From: an uncultured Verrucomicrobiae bacterium
GTDB taxonomy: Bacteria; Verrucomicrobiota; Verrucomicrobiia; Chthoniobacterales; UBA10450
Assembly: GCA_963815455.1 (NCBI GenBank)
Contig: CAWFGO010000001.1
Location: 128,001-192,000, forward strand
Direction: 5' to 3'
DNA length: 64,000 bases
Shown here: piece after piece, positions 62,338 to 64,000 of the stretch
How the letters are laid out: each line of letters begins with the position of its first letter
Numbering within the stretch: position 1 is the stretch's first letter
Made by a program: the position numbers and the translations under genes
Notes under the pieces: model-generated
What the model was told of the DNA's origin: nothing
Databases searched by the model: none
The model's input: only the letters and a program-made list of their open reading frames with translations

Positions 62338-62701
62338 TGCGCCACTTCCAAGCGCCGATGTGGTGCTTGCGCCAATTCGCTCACTCAGCGAGCGTCGGAC
62401 ACGATCGCGAGCGAGCGGAAAGAAAAACGTTTGCGTGCGGAGGTGGGATCGATGCCTGGCATACGATTCCATCGCGACGGCGTCGCTCGTTAGGTCGGCT
62501 TACTCCCATGCGCTCCGGCAGCCGCAGTTGGACTCGCCCCGGCGCTGAACACCTCGCGCAATTGCTTTGGCTCCAAACTCATCCCGCCGATTGGACCCAC
62601 CGGTGGCGCTAAGCGGCTTTAGCTAAACCAAAATAAATGCGGGGATGAAATGAAGAATTTGCTGGATGTTTTGCCCGGTTTGTCCTACATCCGTATCCGC
62701 A

Positions 62702-64000
62702 TTGAGCCACTTTTCCGCCGCTAAGAAAACGTTGTCGATCCTGCTGATCCTGCTCTGCGGCTCATTAATCGCTTCCGGCCAGAGCGCGGGTCGGAAGCAG
62801 GTCCCGACCGAACCGATGGAAAAATACGATCAACCGGCTGTTCCATTTTATCTTTTGCGCACTGGAGTTTCGCCGCGGATGATTTCGCAATACGGGCCGT
62901 TCACCAGTTACCAGGTGAATGTGAATGCCAATAACCAGAACATTGCCGGAGACGCGGCGAACGAGCCGAGCATTTGCGTGGACCCGAACAATCCGAACAA
63001 CAAATCGATCGGCTGGAGGCAGTTCAACAGCGTATCGTCGAATTTCCGGCAAGCCGGTTGGGCATATACCACCAACGGAGGCACGATGTGGACGTTCCCC
63101 GGCGTTCTCGAAAACAATGTTTTCCGCAGCGACCCGGTTTTGTACGCCGATGATACCGGACGCTTTTACTACCTCAGCCTTCTCCAGTCCTTTTTCGATA
63201 ACATGTGGCGTTCGCTTAATGGCGGGCAAACCTGGACGAACATCGCCCCCGCGACGGGAGGAGATAAGCAATGGTTCACCATAGATAACACCAACAGCAC
63301 AGGACATGGTTTCCAATACCAATCATGGAGCACCGCCGGTAACAATTACGGGGGCAGGCAATTCACCCGTTCCACGGACGGCGGGTTCACCTGGCTGAAT
63401 CCGATCTTTATTCCCAACTCGCCCCAGTGGGGAACGCTCGACGTGGATACGACCGGCAACCTTTTTATCGGCGGGATCAATACCAGTACGAACCAGTTTT
63501 GGTGCATTCGTTCCTCGAACGCCAAGAATGGCGCGGTAACGCCGACTTTCGACCAAAGCACCGCGTTCAGCCTGGGCGGCACGATCAATTTCTCCGGTTC
63601 GATCAATCCGGAGGGATTAGCCGGGCAACTCTTCGTGGCGGTGGACCGTTCGGGCACCAGCACGAACAACAATATTTATATGCTGGCGAGCGTGCGGCCT
63701 ACCGGCGCCTCGAATGGAACCGACGTGATGTTCGTTCGCAGCACCAACGGCGGATCGACATTCAGCTCTCCCAAGCGGGTCAATGACGACGCCGTTAACC
63801 AAAACAAATGGCACTGGTTCGGCACGCTCGCAGTCGCCCCCAATGGCCGGATCGATTGCGTCTGGTTCGACAGTCGCAACGCCGCGAACAATACCGATTC
63901 GCAGCTTTTCTATTCTTATAGCGTGGACGCCGGGGTTACCTGGAAGCAAAACGTCGCGGTCAGCAATTCGTTCAACCCGTTCCTCGGTTATCCGCAACAG
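62702..64000 (+). CDS. Secreted BNR/Asp-box (sialidase-like) repeat protein, 3'-truncated by the window
   Basis: Frame read by hand from TTG 62702: signal peptide, NEPSICVDP, RSLNGGQTW, RSTDGGFTW, RSTNGGSTF, YSVDAGVTW. Confidence 0.85.
   Translation, partial: MSHFSAAKKTLSILLILLCGSLIASGQSAGRKQVPTEPMEKYDQPAVPFYLLRTGVSPRMISQYGPFTSYQVNVNANNQNIAGDAANEPSICVDPNNPNNKSIGWRQFNSVSSNFRQAGWAYTTNGGTMWTFPGVLENNVFRSDPVLYADDTGRFYYLSLLQSFFDNMWRSLNGGQTWTNIAPATGGDKQWFTIDNTNSTGHGFQYQSWSTAGNNYGGRQFTRSTDGGFTWLNPIFIPNSPQWGTLDVDTTGNLFIGGINTSTNQFWCIRSSNAKNGAVTPTFDQSTAFSLGGTINFSGSINPEGLAGQLFVAVDRSGTSTNNNIYMLASVRPTGASNGTDVMFVRSTNGGSTFSSPKRVNDDAVNQNKWHWFGTLAVAPNGRIDCVWFDSRNAANNTDSQLFYSYSVDAGVTWKQNVAVSNSFNPFLGYPQQ

Noticed and set aside
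62337..62612. 91-aa ORF after the TonB receptor
   Set aside because: No motif or compositional support; left unannotated.

Overview
Core-genome window, probably from a soil Verrucomicrobiota (Chthoniobacterales-like) bacterium; this taxonomy is inferred from protein family style, not from a database search. It holds nuoE/F-G-H-I-J-K-L-M-N, smc, a 2-oxoacid dehydrogenase E1a/E1b/E2 cluster, cfa, rplI-dnaB, tkt, an rsmA-NUDIX fusion, an aas/plsC lipid cluster, a tRNA(CAU), dapL, sod, shc-hpnH, an M3 peptidase, a cyclase-TPR protein, a TonB-dependent receptor and a BNR-repeat protein. Many genes, including dnaB and smc, carry small frameshifts that look like long-read indel errors. The main signal is between and inside genes. 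(1) At least seven families of short palindromic REP/MITE-like elements occur; several sit in frame inside proteins (smc, GST, cfa, plsC-hydrolase) or supply stop codons. (2) At four places (nuoI 3' end, nuoK 3' end, E2 5' end, tRNA), an insert is flanked by two copies of a host gene terminus. The insert is a GxxExxY, ORF6N or GIY-YIG gene, or an empty palindrome. The protein-coding copy pairs differ mostly at synonymous positions. This suggests an integration route that brings in a foreign allele of the target gene end. No transposase or integrase was recognised in the window.
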